Positions 1 through 13,132 of a stretch of 64,000 nucleotides of DNA are shown one piece after another. Position 1 is the stretch's first letter, and every line of letters starts with the position of its first letter. Below the pieces are notes generated by a model, which saw only the letters and a list, made by a program, of their open reading frames with translations, was not told the origin of the DNA and ran no database searches. The translations under genes and the position numbers were made by a program. Source of the DNA: Octopus vulgaris (Eukaryota); the NCBI GenBank assembly GCA_951406725.2, contig OX597828.1, forward strand, positions 37,138,001-37,202,000, given 5' to 3'.

Positions 1-338
1 CAACACACGACTTCACATAAAAAATCTTGCACAACAAATATTTAAACGTATATATATATATATTTACATGCATACATTCATACACACATATATATATATA
101 CACATACATAATACATACATACATACATGCATACATATATATTACAGAACCGCTCAAAACTAGACACTAATATCTAAGCACTATCTAAGCTTACTAACAT
201 TAGCAATGAAAACAAACAACCAATATGATTGTAATTTCTACAACCAAGCATAGCAAATATGTATTCCCATCATCACTTGCTAAACGGATATCATTATTGT
301 TTTGACAATCAATAGTAAGCAGCACAGCAAGATAAATG

Positions 339-424
<86 letters not shown>

Positions 425-579
425 TAACATATTCTTATTTTTCTATATTTTTATCATCTATGTCTTAATATAAATATGTTGTTATTTGTATCGAATAATA
501 TCTCATGTCATACTTCTGAATTATGAATTTTCTTGATTGAATGTTTAAGACAAGTATCTGAAAAATTTATCTTTTACTA

Positions 580-622
<43 letters not shown>

Positions 623-687
623 GGTCCCGGGTTGAGTCGGGGTTAACCACAGTAAATAAGGTACTCAATACATAGCAGAGTAAATTA

Positions 688-813
688 ATTTATTTTATAG
701 AAGGAGCTTCTACAGGACTAGAACTGTTTCATTCAAAAGAAATCATCAGGAAGCTTCCTGATGATTTCTTTTGAATGAAACAGTTCTAGTCCTGTAGAAG
801 CTCCTTTTATAAA

Positions 814-819
<6 letters not shown>
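688..819. repeat. 132-bp loopless palindrome (66-bp arms, 1 mismatch) centred on AAGCTT
   Basis: Base-by-base pairing of 688-753 with 754-819; only 700/807 mismatch. The unit (about 620-819) is flanked by (TA)n on both sides. Confidence 0.95.
752..802 (+). ncRNA. Type I hammerhead ribozyme-like motif (mirrored on the minus strand at 705-755)
   Basis: Stem I agcttc/gaagct, core CTGATGA (758-764), short stem II ttc/gaa, GAAA (777-780), stem III acag/ctgt, cleavage triplet GTA (794-796). Confidence 0.7.
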
Positions 820-852
<33 letters not shown>

Positions 853-854
<2 letters not shown>

Positions 855-2119
855 GGCTTCTCCAGAACGTTCGTACCGATTTTTAAAGGAAAAAAAGGTC
901 AATAAATACCTGCCCATTCAACCAAATATGCACCATTTTGTTGCACAATGCGTCTCTATCTTTCCTTCAACTTGAAAATACCCTCTTCCCAGAATTGAGG
1001 TGGTTTTATGGCAAAGAATTCATCAAGGTATCTTTTTACATCATCCAAGTAATTGACATTTTTACTATTAAGACTATTCTGCAGAGACCTGAATAAGTGG
1101 AAATCCTAAGGAATAATATCTGGTGAATATGAAGGGTGTGGAAACACATCCCAGCCGAGCTGCGGCAATTTTTGTCTGATTCCCAAAGAAACGTGCGGTC
1201 TTGCATTATCATGATGGAAAACAACACCCTTTCTGTTGGCCAATTCTGGACGTTTCTCTTGAATTGCTGCTTTTAACTCATCCAGTTGTGTGCAGTATTT
1301 CTCAGAATTAATTGTCTGGTTACTTTGGAGAAGCTCATAGTACAGAATTATTTTCCAATCCCACCAGAAACAAAGCAAGACATTTTTAAGGTGAATACCC
1401 GCTTTTGGGGTGGGTAAGGATGGCTCATGTCGCTTACTCCAGGATCGCTTTCTCTGAAGATTTTCGTAGATAATCCATTTCTCTTCACCTGTCACAGTTT
1501 CCTTTAAAAAAGGCACGTTTTCATTCCGTTTTAAAGCGAATCACAGATGGAAATGCGATCCAAAAGATTCTTCTCACTCATGTGGTACCCAAATATCGTA
1601 GCGATTTGTGTACCCAATCTTTACTAGGTGCTCATGAACGACGGGTTTTTGATAGGTTGAGGCTTCCTGCCAATTCTCGGGTTGTGCAATGTGGGTTATT
1701 CTCAATTAATGACTTGATTTGGTCATCATCTGTTGTGGACGGTCTGCCTAGTCGCTCTTTATCAATAAGGCTACAATCTCCAGCTCGGAACCTTACGAAC
1801 TACTTCCGTACAGTTCTTTCGGATAAAGAAACATCACCATAAATTGCGCGTATTTCTTTCGTTGTTTGTGCGGCATTTTCCCCTTTACGGAAAAAGAAAA
1901 GCATCAAGTGCCGAAAATGAACTTTCTTATCTTCCATTTTAAAGTGTTACAGAATTAACAGAGGTTATAGGAACATAAACCTTCTTCCACGAAAAGATAG
2001 CTTAAACTGTGCTCTAAATGGAGGTGAAGTCAAATCCTATTTTATGGACTCAACCATGTTCTAAAATAAGTCGAGAGTTAAGCCACTATAAATCAGCACG
2101 AACTTTCCGGACAGCCCAA
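853..2119 (-). mobile_element. Full-length mariner (DD34D) transposon, transposase disrupted
   Basis: TIRs like TTGGGCTGTCCGGAAAGTTCGTGCTGATTT with TA flanks. Protein start MEDKKVHFRHLMLFFFRKG; motifs WVPH, TGEEKW, HHDNARPH, PSYSPDI; stops and frameshifts. Confidence 0.95.
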
Positions 2120-2132
2120 TATATATATATAT

Positions 2133-2293
2133 GTCATTTAATAAACACAATGTATGTCTTATGTAATATTATTAGTTTCATGTGCTGAGAGCTTGTCGGA
2201 CAGTACTTTTTAACTCGTCTGGCACGCTTGCGGCTCATGAAACCAATAGTAACACATAAAAATATATAGGTATATATTGTGTTTATTAAATAA
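2133..2293. repeat. Imperfect inverted repeat (about 55-bp arms), MITE/fold-back remnant between TA tracts
   Basis: tttaataaacacaat...gtttcatg pairs with catgaaac...attgtgtttattaaa. Confidence 0.6.
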
Positions 2294-2351
2294 CATTTAT
2301 TCCCCATCAGGTAGAGTACTTTCCTTGTTGATCTTACTATCACAGAACATC

Positions 2352-2427
<76 letters not shown>

Positions 2428-2444
2428 TATAAATAAATAAATAA

Positions 2445-2482
<38 letters not shown>

Positions 2483-3251
2483 CTACACTCATGCATACAT
2501 GTGTTTACCAAATTCCTAGCGTATACGTTACTAATATTTTGTTGCTGTTTCTAGGGGGTGAAGTAACTACGTAAAGGCTACCTCACTTGCTCGGATCAAA
2601 ATCACTCGGGACCCCATGTGTTCTAGTTTAGTCTTGTTGCCTTCACAATGTATTATTTAAGTTATAAAAGAACATTTATACTAAAGAAGACATAAATCTA
2701 CGATCATCGATTATCCATATAAAATAGCGGACAATAAAACAATGATGAATTGGTTTGGACATGACATATGGAAACTATTTCAGGAGAAATTGGAACAATA
2801 TATTAACTCTCAACTTAGGGCATAGCATTTCTCGGCGATATCTGATCAATTCTGATTGGTCTTCCTTCCCAACCCATTATCCAATTGGCAATGCAGCACT
2901 GTGAAATTCACAAGCGGAAGTCAGATGTACTTTTTTTTAATAGCTTAGTAAGTGCAGTAAAAAGAATAGAGTGGTTGCTGGGGAAAAGTAGGTAATGCAT
3001 AGTGAAAATGCGCTCAATCACAACAGCGTAGTACTGTGAGCAAATGTCATCTATAACGGCCTAGTATTGACCAATGAAATTTTGTAGAAGGCAACCGTTT
3101 CGTTGTTTGTCTCGAGGAAGTTTCCTGTTTTGATAAAGGCGTGCAACACCATAGCCTGGCCCTCATAAGCATACAAGGAGGTACAACACGGATTCTATGT
3201 GATAATTTCTAAATATGTTAACTTCACAGACGCATGTATCCATATATATAT

Positions 3252-3444
3252 AGGGAGAGTTTACGCAAAAAACAAAAGACGAAGACAGGTGGTGTACAAA
3301 ACAAAGAGATGTATTAGTATAACGCTCAGGAATATAAAGTCTCTTACGTTTCGAGCCTACGCTCTTCTACAGAAAGGGACACAGAAAAAACAAGGAGAGA
3401 AACAAGGAGAGAAAAAATGGAAAGAAAAAAAGGAGAGAAAGTCT
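3252..3444 (-). mobile_element. Hammerhead-bearing mini-element (family H1) flanked by TA runs
   Basis: Minus strand cttt-CTGTAGA-agagcgtaggctc-GAAA-cgTA-agag (3341-3376); 3' tail cctgagcgttatactaatacatc...ctcccta shared with the 37630-37852 copy. Confidence 0.7.
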
Positions 3445-3660
3445 ATATATATATATATATATATACATATATACATAGATACACATATAGCTGAATTATA
3501 AAATGATTAAGGTGGCTAGACGTAATTTAAAACCAAAAAGGAAATATTCAACCGTTCAAATATATATTTATATATGTATACATACATGCATACATACATA
3601 CATACATACATACATACATACATACATACATACATACATACATACATACATACATACATA

Positions 3661-3887
3661 CAGAGCAGGCTAAAGATAACCCGACAGTAAATCAAAATTC
3701 TATAAATACTTAATATTCAATTTTATTTATTCATTCCAATTATTGAAGGCAGTGAGTTAAGATTCAGTGTTTTTCTTTTTCAACATTTGTCTATTTATTA
3801 GCGAACTTTCATGTAAAATAATTTTTTATTTTAATCTTGGAATTAAATGGTTTTAATTTACTGCCAGGAGACTTTTGGACAACCCTA
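3661..3887. mobile_element. Tc1/mariner-type MITE, degenerate
   Basis: Ends cagagcaggctaaagataacccgacagtaaa / tttactgccaggagacttttggacaacccta, TA flanks; same TIR family as 26239-26468. Confidence 0.7.
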
Positions 3888-3936
3888 TATATATGTGTGT
3901 GTGTGTATATATGTGTATATATACACATACATACAT

Positions 3937-3983
<47 letters not shown>

Positions 3984-3998
3984 TACAGAGCAGATAAT

Positions 3999-4547
3999 TG
4001 ACGAGAAGATATTTGCGAAGACATTATTGACTCTATTATTATCTAGTGTAACAATTCAAAAATAATAATAGCAGAATCAATAACATAGGCGATTGCAGGC
4101 CTAAAAAAACACATTAAATAGCTGAAAGATTAAAATAAATCAAAGGACATGCTAAGTATGTCTACCTGCTGGAAATAACAGTCAAAACTCTGATTTAAAT
4201 CGCCAAAATACACTGATAACTACAGAAATCAACCGTCCGAAGGCAAACAGGCCAAGACAATTTCTCAGCATACATTCAACTATTTAGACTCACGTGGCAT
4301 AATAGCCTCACCTCCCTCAGCACGTGTTACCATGATGGAGAGCCCCAACATGTCGCGTTGAATCCTCGCAGCAACTAATACGTTTTGCGCCGAATCCCGG
4401 CAGCCACCAGTGTGAAAATAATTTCAATAAGGAGCAAGTAATTCACGAGAAAATATTTGTGAAGATATCATTGACTCTATAATTATCTAGTGTAACAATT
4501 TAAAAAATGATAATAACAGAATCAATAATATAGGCGATTACAGGCCC
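3999..4547 (+). repeat. About 100-bp diverged direct repeat (3999-4102 and 4444-4547)
   Basis: acgagaagatatttgcgaag...ataggcgattgcaggcc recurs as acgagaaaatatttgtgaag...ataggcgattacaggcc. Confidence 0.85.
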
Positions 4548-4649
4548 ACCCTAAAGCATTAATATATGGAGATGTCTAGTTCATGCTACATATAACACCA
4601 ATGGTTTTTCTAAACTGTTACGTTACACATACAAATATATATACAATTT

Positions 4650-4845
4650 TTAAAAAATGAGAAAAAAGACAAGAAACAAAACAACAACGCGAGTACGTGG
4701 TGCATGCAAAGTATTAATAAGTTGCTTATGGAGGGAAAGAAAGGGTGTGTGGCTTACGTTTCGAGCAAAGCTCTTCTTCAGAAACGAGAAGACTGGAAGA
4801 CGGAGGAAAAAAGTCGCCAAGAATCCACATGTCGTTATATTTTGG
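4650..4845 (-). mobile_element. Hammerhead-bearing mini-element (H1-related)
   Basis: Minus strand CTGAAGA-agagctttgctc-GAAA-cgTA at 4751-4785; adjoins (AATAT)n/(TA)n. Confidence 0.65.
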
Positions 4846-4909
4846 AATATAATATAATATAATATAATATAATATAATATAATATAATATAATATAATAT
4901 AATATAATA

Positions 4910-4958
<49 letters not shown>

Positions 4959-5112
4959 GCATTCATACACACGTGCATGTGCATTTTAGGTATTACGCTA
5001 TACAGAATTATTTATATTGAGAACGGTTCTCGTCTTGTGTATCAAAGCTTTTGGTTATTTTAATACTGTTTGTGTGTGTACGTTCGTGACTGAATATAAG
5101 CATATATCTATA

Positions 5113-5171
<59 letters not shown>

Positions 5172-5501
5172 TTATACAAACACATGATATACACAGAATA
5201 TTTTTGAAATATATACATAAAAATGCTCGGAATATATACCACACGCACACACATGCACACACACACACAATTACGCCATGGGTTGCTTAAAATAAAGACC
5301 TTAAATGGTTAACACTATGCCGCAACATGTTTAATAAAAACAGTGAGTCCAACATAAGGCGTTTTGTTTCGTTCGAAATAACATATTTTTCACTTTGCTT
5401 AGTCCAGGTCATATGTTATTAGGCAGAACTATGATCAATGACATTCTAGTCTCGATCAACGCGTCCTACCCATGGGCAGTTTTTTTTTATCATCTATCGC
5501 T

Positions 5502-5820
5502 TACTTGTTTCTGTCATTGCTTTGTGGCCATGCTGGGGCACCGGTTTGAAGGGTTTTAGTCGGATTGTTCGACTCCAAGTCTTATGTCTAGTACTTATTC
5601 TATCGTTTTTCTTATGGTGAACAGCTAAATTACGTGGACGTAAAGCAGCTAACACCCGCTATCATGTTGATCAAGGAGACAAACACAGATATACATATAC
5701 ACACACATTTCTATATACAAGGCATTGGCCAAATTAGGGTCTATAGTTGAAGGCACTTGCGCAAGGTACCTCTCATTGGAACTGAACCCGAAACTACATC
5801 GTTGGAAAGCTATGCGCTTA
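5502..5820 (-). mobile_element. Degenerate SINE family A
   Basis: Recognisable tail (ttacttgtttctgtcattg...gccatgctggggcacc) and body similar to 6195-6599. Confidence 0.7.
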
Positions 5821-5976
5821 AGAATTGAGAGTTTTAAAATCAAAGCCGTGCCTGCACTAAACTTCAAGCAGTCCTTGATCCAGCAGATTTCTGATCAAAA
5901 GGCGTTCCAGCCAAGCTCTATTCATAGTATTCTTTTGGTCAGAATTGCTAGTCTTTAATATAAAAATATCCTAAGC

Positions 5977-6185
5977 TGGTGAGCTGGCAGAGTCGATAGC
6001 ACGCTGGGCAAGATGCTCGGCGGTATTTCGTCCGTCTTTACGCTCTGAGTTCAAATTCAGCTGTGATTGACTTTGCTTTTCCTTCCTTCGAGGTCGATCA
6101 AATATGTACCAGCTGTGTACTGAGGATGAATGCAGCCGATTTACCCTTCCCCCGAAATGGCTGGCCTTGAGCCAAAATTTAAAAT
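5977..6185 (+). mobile_element. SINE family B monomer
   Basis: ggtgagctggcagagtcgatagcacgctgggc head, B-box-like gagttcaaatt, central gactttgcttttccttccttcgaggtcgat domain. Confidence 0.8.
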
Positions 6186-6194
6186 ATCGGTATA

Positions 6195-6599
6195 GGCGTA
6201 GGAGTGGCTGTGTGGTTAGTAGCTTGCTTACAAACTACATGGTTCCGGGTTCATCCCCACTGCGTGGCACCTTGGGTTAGTGTCTTCTACTATAGCCTCG
6301 GGCTGCCTAAAGCCTTGTGAGTGGATTTGGTAGGGCGGAAACTGAAAGAAGCCCGTCATATATATGTATATATATATTTGTACATGTGTGTATATGTTTG
6401 TGTATCTGTGTTTATCCTCCCCAACATCGCTTGACAACCGATGCTTGTGTGTTTACGTCCCCGTAACTTATCGGTTCGGCAAAACAGACTGATAGAATAA
6501 GTACTAGGCTTACAAAGAATAAGTCCTGGAGTCGATTTGCTCGACGAAAGGTGGTGCTCCAGCATGGTCACAGTCAAATGACTGAAACAAGTAAAAGAG
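6195..6599 (+). mobile_element. SINE family A, full length (tRNA-derived head, LINE-derived tail)
   Basis: A-box tggctgtgtgg, B-box ggttcatccc, internal TA/TG microsatellite, tail ggtgctccagcatggtcacagtcaaatgactgaaacaagtaaaagag; many copies in the window. Confidence 0.9.
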
Positions 6600-6794
6600 G
6601 TATTAAAATATCCTGTTGGTTCCATATCATTACAAAAGTGATTAAAGTGACAGGGGTTTGGTTGCTATTTCTAGCAACACCCACGCAAGGACATCCTCTA
6701 CACAGATGAATGTGTGTTTCTAAACTTATGTCTGTGTTTGAATGTAATTATTGCGTTATATCTGTCTGTTTGAGTTAGACTGTTGTGAGCATAG

Positions 6795-7333
6795 GAGCAC
6801 TCTATCGGTTACGATGTCGAGGGTCCCAGCTTGCCCGTGAAATTAACGTGCAAGTGGCTGAGCACTCCACAGACACGTGCATACTTAATTTAGTTCCGAG
6901 GGAAACGCGTCGAGCTGGCAGAAACGTTTGCACGCCGGGCGAAACGCGTAGCCGTATTTCGTCTGCCGCTACGTTCTGAGTTCAAATACTGCCGAGGTCG
7001 ACTTTGCGTTTCATTCTTTCGGGGTCGATTAAATAAGTACCAGTTACGCACTGGGGTCGATGTAATCGACTTAATCCCTTTGACTGTCCTTGTTTGTCCC
7101 CCTCTAAGTTTAGCCCCTTGATGGGCAGTAAAGAAATAAGAAGCTTAGATCTGAGGGAGATTCAGTGTGACAAGGCTGACCCTTTGAAATACAGGTAGTA
7201 CCTCATTTTTTCCCGCTGAGGTGACTGGAGCAACATGAAATAAAGTGTCTTGCTCAAGGACACAACGCATCACCGGGAATTGAACTCACGACCTTACGCC
7301 GAATGCCCTAACCACTAAGCCACGCATCTTCAC
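6795..7333 (-). mobile_element. SINE family D interrupted by a family B insertion
   Basis: Halves 6795-6903 and 7145-7333 match 26576-26890 in reverse. Confidence 0.85.
6906..7142 (+). mobile_element. SINE family B nested in the family D SINE
   Basis: gagctggcagaaacgtttgcacgccgggcgaaa head; flanked by an imperfect 14-bp TSD ttagttccgaggga / ttagatctgaggga. Confidence 0.88.
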
Positions 7334-7912
7334 TTGTGATCATATATATTTATACTGATGTTATTTGTTATACGGAAGAGAAATGAAAAAAAAAAAGGTA
7401 TTTATTCAATTACCTCTGCCATCGTTCTCACCGCAGTCTATTATTTACATTAACACGCTCTTAATTAAAAACGAACAGGTGTTCGGTATTCCGTGTAGGG
7501 GTAGGTGTATATGTAATAACAGCTACACTTCCTTCATCTCATACACGCACACAGAACAGAAGAAATTAAGCTTTGATATATAGTAACACATACCGAAGTA
7601 AACATATACAGCAGTGACATATCCTTGGGAAAAAAAAAATCGATACTAACTATTTTATCATTGCTGTAGTGAAGCTATCAGATACACATAAATGTATCCG
7701 ATGTGCTATACGCAGAATAACATATACAATTATGTAATAAGTTATACCTAGGTGTGTATGTGTGTGTGTGTTTGTGTATATATGTGTATTGACTGTGCGG
7801 ATGTTTTCGCATGCATGCACAAATACTTTACGCTCACGTAAGTATACGTTTGTATAAGGCATATATTGTAGCATATTGTTTTACATGATTCATATATACG
7901 TGCGTGTATAGA

Positions 7913-7958
<46 letters not shown>

Positions 7959-7994
7959 TACACACATACATACATAGATACATACATACATACA

Positions 7995-8072
<78 letters not shown>

Positions 8073-8349
8073 ATATACTCACACATGCACTTGTATTTAC
8101 GCAGGCATGCATCAGTGTTTGAATAAATGCATATATAGATAAATTTATATGTGTGGGTGTATATACGTATCTGAGGGTGAGTAGGTGTGTGTGTTTATGT
8201 GCGTATGTATATAACGTTAGAAGGCAACAGCACAATAAAAGTGATTATATTTTACGCCTATACAATTATATTTCATGTACTTCTTCCATAATTCCTTTTG
8301 AAGAACGTATATCTGTCTATCTGTCTGTCTGCCCTTAACATCTTGACTG

Positions 8350-8425
<76 letters not shown>

Positions 8426-8612
8426 CCTCCCAGTTTCACTCTCTATATTTCCTGTGACCTTCCTGTCGGGTATCCGGCTAACAAGAAAGCCACTGGTTGA
8501 GACCGGGTCTGTGATTAACGTCACCGTCGTTCCGGAAATCCAGAAATTCCAATGGTGGGTGTCGTATGTAATAATTAATCAAAATAAGAGAACTATTAAA
8601 AAAATGGTGGAA

Positions 8613-9003
8613 GAGTGGCTGTGTGGTAAGTAGCTTGCTTACCAACCACATGGTTCCGGAGTCAGTCTCACTGGGTGGCACCGTGAGCAAGTGTCTTCTA
8701 CTATAGCCTTGGGGCGATAAAGCCTTGTGGGTGGATTTGGTAGACGGAAACTGAAGAAACCTGTCATGCTCACACACACACACACATGTATGTATTTGTG
8801 TGCCTTTGTTTTCCCCACCATCGCTTGACAGCAAATGTTGGCACGTTTACGTCCCCCGTAACATAGCGATTTGACAAAAGTGACCGATATAATGAGTACT
8901 AGGCATACAAATAATAAGTCCTGTGGTCAGTTTCTTCGACTAAAGGCGGTGCTCCAGAATGGCTGCAGTCAAATGACTGAAATAATTAAAAGAAATAAAA
9001 GAA
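8613..9003 (+). mobile_element. SINE family A
   Basis: Collinear with 6195-6599. Confidence 0.9.
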
Positions 9004-9102
9004 ATTCCATTTGTTGATAGCCGCTTCATAGTCTGTATGCAGTTACATATATACTGTATATATATATATATAGGAAAAAAGCAACAAGAATGGATCAATA
9101 TA

Positions 9103-9187
9103 TCGGTACAATTCTTTCGTACGAGGACATCTTTAATAAAGCTATAAAAATTGCAGTAAATATAGGTGGCTCGTACTCATCAGCCGA
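9103..9187 (-). ncRNA. Type I hammerhead ribozyme-like motif with 7-bp stem II and 44-nt loop II
   Basis: Minus strand tcgg-CTGATGA-gtacgag-(44 nt)-ctcgtac-GAAA-gaattg-TA-ccga; lies within a TA-flanked element at 9072-9827. Confidence 0.72.
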
Positions 9188-9825
9188 AAAAAACATCCGA
9201 GATTCCCAAACATCAAAGGGGTAATGTTACACTCGTGAAACATCATGGAAAATTCTATAAAAATGAGAATTTAGATAACATATTGGTTTCTAAGAGTTCA
9301 ATTAGTATTACACAGTCATATATCAGGTTATTAAAAAGTTTTTTCAAAACATCTTAGTTTTCCAGAAAATGAAGATAAAAGTGAGGGTGTGAGTTTATCC
9401 GTATTGAAGAAAGTTTCATTACTGGAGATCCGATGAGAGGTATCGAACTTACAGAATATGTACTTGTCCATATATAGTTCATAGTAAATTGTTAATCAAG
9501 CTATGTGAAGAAATTTTGGATACAATCGTGCGAAATTTCTGAAAACTGCTGTATTATAATCCGAAGAATAAGCGTAGCGACAGCCTTATAGTGGTGACGA
9601 ACAGGCTGCTATCGAAATCTACAAGAATCACAGAGCTAAAGGAAGAAAGTTGAATTTGACCAACTACTGCTATTAATTGCTATATAAAGAGGAAATGGGA
9701 AGATGAAAAGGAGGGTCAAAAGTTGTTACTATAAGAAAACATCTTAGCGTATTTGGTGCATCCAAGTTAAGTACCATATTCATGTGAATTCATTAGAACT
9801 CACTTGAATCTCAATTGCTTAAACC

Positions 9826-9885
<60 letters not shown>

Positions 9886-9890
<5 letters not shown>

Positions 9891-10290
9891 GCTCGGGCGA
9901 AGCTAAATTTGGCAGTTTGGATAAAACGAAAATAAAACGAAATTATCTTAAAAATCAAAAGAATTTCAACAAGATTATAGCTGGGAGCTAACAGTCTACT
10001 CAAAGTAGCTGTCCTCATCTGCAACTTCGACCTCAAGTAGGCTCCTCAACCATTCCTTGGGAAGATGTTCGAACGTGGGTACCAGCTCGGATTTGGTGTT
10101 GCATGCAAAGCAGTTGTTTTCTTTCTTAACCGTGTACGACACGTAGTAACCCTTGAGATTACAATCGGGAGAATTAAAAGGGTCAGAAATTGGGGACCAC
10201 TTCAGACTGTTTCCGGAAATGTGGCAAAGAACATGTTATCACATACATGGCCTCCAATCAGCAATCCTCTCCATCTCTATCAGCTCCATA
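9886..10290 (-). mobile_element. Tc1/maT-like transposase C-terminal remnant
   Basis: Minus strand translates PNF*PFNSPDCNLKGYYV, resembling the WPPNSPDLNPLDY motif; end ta|tagggtg is Tc1-TIR-like. Confidence 0.6.
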
Positions 10291-10392
10291 TACTCGTATG
10301 AATTAAGCCTAAGGTCATGTTCAAAGAGTTTTCTTTAACCTAAGACAGTATTAACTAAAGTCGAAAGCTGAATTTTGTTTGAGAAAGTCTTT

Positions 10393-10744
10393 TCTTTTAT
10401 TCCTTTATTCTTTTATTTGCTTCAGTCATTTGACTGCGGCCATGCTAGAGCACCGCTTTTTTAGTCGAACAAATCGACCCCGGAACTTATTCTTTGTAAG
10501 TCCAGTACTTATACTATCAGTCTCTTTTGATGCTGGGGGTACAAACACAGACAGACAAACACAAACGCACATACACACACATACATATATACATACGACG
10601 AGCTTCTTTCAGTTTTCGTCTATCAAATCCACTCACAAGGCTTTGGTCGGCCCGAGGCTATAGTAGAAGACACTTATCCAAATTGCCACTCAGTGGGACT
10701 GAATCTGTAACCATGTGGTTGGTAAACAAGCTACTCCTGCGCCT
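10393..10744 (-). mobile_element. SINE family A
   Basis: Reverse complement of 6195-6599 with an internal deletion. Confidence 0.88.
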
Positions 10745-11281
10745 ATTTACACATTTGAGAATGCTTCTACAATAACTCCTAAATGTATGCGCAAACGCAC
10801 TGAAAGAGACACACGCAATAAAACCTTGAGAAAGAGATACCCTCAGTAGACCTATTGGCGTAGATTCAAAAGGACTGATGAACCATATCTTTTACAAAGT
10901 GTATTTAATACCGAAAAGAAAATATAGCAATATCTATGTAAATATGTATGTATACACATACGTATATGCAAATATACGTATGTTTGTATATATACATATA
11001 TATGTATCTGTATATATGTATACGAAACGGCTGTAATCATAGGGAAGTCATGGAAAAATACATCTATATTCACCTCTAATACCACCTGACTATGGTTTCT
11101 CTCTCTCCCTCTCACTCCCTCTCTCTCACTCACCCCTCTCTCTCCCTCTCACTCACTCTCTCCCATCCCTCACTCTCTCTATTTCTCTCTCTCTCTCTAT
11201 ATATATATATACATATGTATATATGTATATATATACGCAAATGTTTTTATAGGCATGTAAATACACACATGCACAGATGCA

Positions 11282-11384
<103 letters not shown>

Positions 11385-11773
11385 GTATGTATGTTTGCGT
11401 GTGTGGGGGTGTTTGTTTATATGTATGTCTATATACATATACGTATACATACATAAATACAAGAACTCATATGTATACATTCACTCAAACGGACACAGAC
11501 ACAGACACAGACATAGACACTCACACACACACACATACACACACACATACACACATAAGCTATGTAATGAAAAACAAATTTTTATCGATTCTCTTTGGAA
11601 GATCTAATATATTAAATCTTCCTTTTATTCAACTTTGTACAACAACAACAACAACAACTACAAGTTAAAGTCACGTCGTAGCAGGAACCACACAAGCACA
11701 CCGACAATATTGATCCATTGTAAACGCATTTCATGCTTAGATAAATGTAAAGTAGCCAGATTTCCTTCGTCTC

Positions 11774-12032
11774 GTTGTTGTTGTTGCTGTTACTCTTGTT
11801 GTTGTTGTTGTTCTTCTTCTTGTTCTTGTTCTTCTTTTTCTTCTTCTTCTTCTTCTTCTTCTTCTTCTTCTTCTTCTTCTTCTTCTTCTTCTTCTTCTTC
11901 TTCTTCTTCTTCTTCTTCTTCTTCTTCTTCTTCTTCTTCTTCTTCTTCTTTTCTTCTTCTTCTTCTTTTCTTCTTCCTCTTCCTCTTCTTTTCTTCTTCT
12001 TCTTCTTCTTCTTCTTCTTCTTCTTCTTCTTC
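11774..12032 (+). repeat. (TTG)n/(TTC)n microsatellite
   Basis: Direct reading. Confidence 0.95.
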
Positions 12033-12139
12033 TATACGTTAAGCGTTCTCCTTGCAATTCTGATGCAACATTAAAACTATTTAAAACTAATTTCTCCGTA
12101 AAGCAATCACCGTGCATATTGTTATTTTAGAACTGGATG

Positions 12140-12186
<47 letters not shown>

Positions 12187-12348
12187 GTACACATACACAC
12201 CCACACAACACACACACACACACACATTAGACGTACGTATAAGAACATTTATATAATATATATATACACATATGGGGGAGCGAGACAAAGTTAACAAGAA
12301 AGTAAAGAGGGAGAGAGGGAGGAAGAGAGAAAAAGAAAGAAAGAGAAT

Positions 12349-12401
<53 letters not shown>

Positions 12402-12716
12402 GGGATAAATAAAGAGTTGGAAATATAAAAAGGATAGAATATTGGCTGCTCAATTCTACAGATGGACAAGATAGGTAAATATAATCCAATCAGATATTCG
12501 GTGTCTCAACAGATTGCCTTGCCAGATGACTCTTTGATTAACCAGATATCTGGTTCACAGATGATAAACATAAAAGGAGAATCTACACAATATTGTGAAC
12601 GTATTTTCATCTCGAGATATTTTGTCTTAATGGTTATTAGTGTCAGACATACCACCGCGCCATGTTTCAAATCTATCACTTTTCACATTGCAGCTTACTT
12701 ACTTGGGTCAACGGTA

Positions 12717-12960
12717 AAGACCCGACCCCCTACAGTCATGAATGATCATGGGATTGCACCAAGAAAGTTCCCTTCCAAGGCACAAGTCTGGGCAAGGTTG
12801 TTTATGGAAGACCAGCAATCACCCATGCATACCAGCCTCCCGTCTCCACGTCACTGATGTTATCTAAGGGAAAAGCAAAGGTCGATACAGCTTGGCACCT
12901 GTGACGTCGCAACTCATTTCTTCAGCTGAGTCAACTGGAAGAACAGGAAATAAACAGTCT
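12717..12960 (-). mobile_element. SINE family E (central domain shared with family D, different tail)
   Basis: Minus strand ccagttgactcagctgaagaaatgagttgcgacgtcac...; central motif like family D ccagtacattcaactggcaaaaa. Confidence 0.65.
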
Positions 12961-13056
12961 TACTTATTTACCATCTTAAGCGCTTCGATCCTTATGGAGC
13001 AAGGACCATTGACGAATTTTTTCCTCTGTTCTTGTCTCCGGACTGTCTTTTCTGCT

Positions 13057-13132
13057 TCCTCGGTAGTATAGTGGTAAACTACCCTCGCCTATCACGCCGG
13101 AGAATGGGGTTCGGTCCCCCACCCCGCGGAGA
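13057..13132 (+). pseudogene. tRNA-Asp pseudogene / tRNA-Asp-derived head
   Basis: tcctcggtagtatagtggt...cgcctatcacgccggagaatggggttcggtcccc aligns by eye to eukaryotic tRNA-Asp(GTC); anticodon reads ATC and stems are degraded. Confidence 0.75.
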
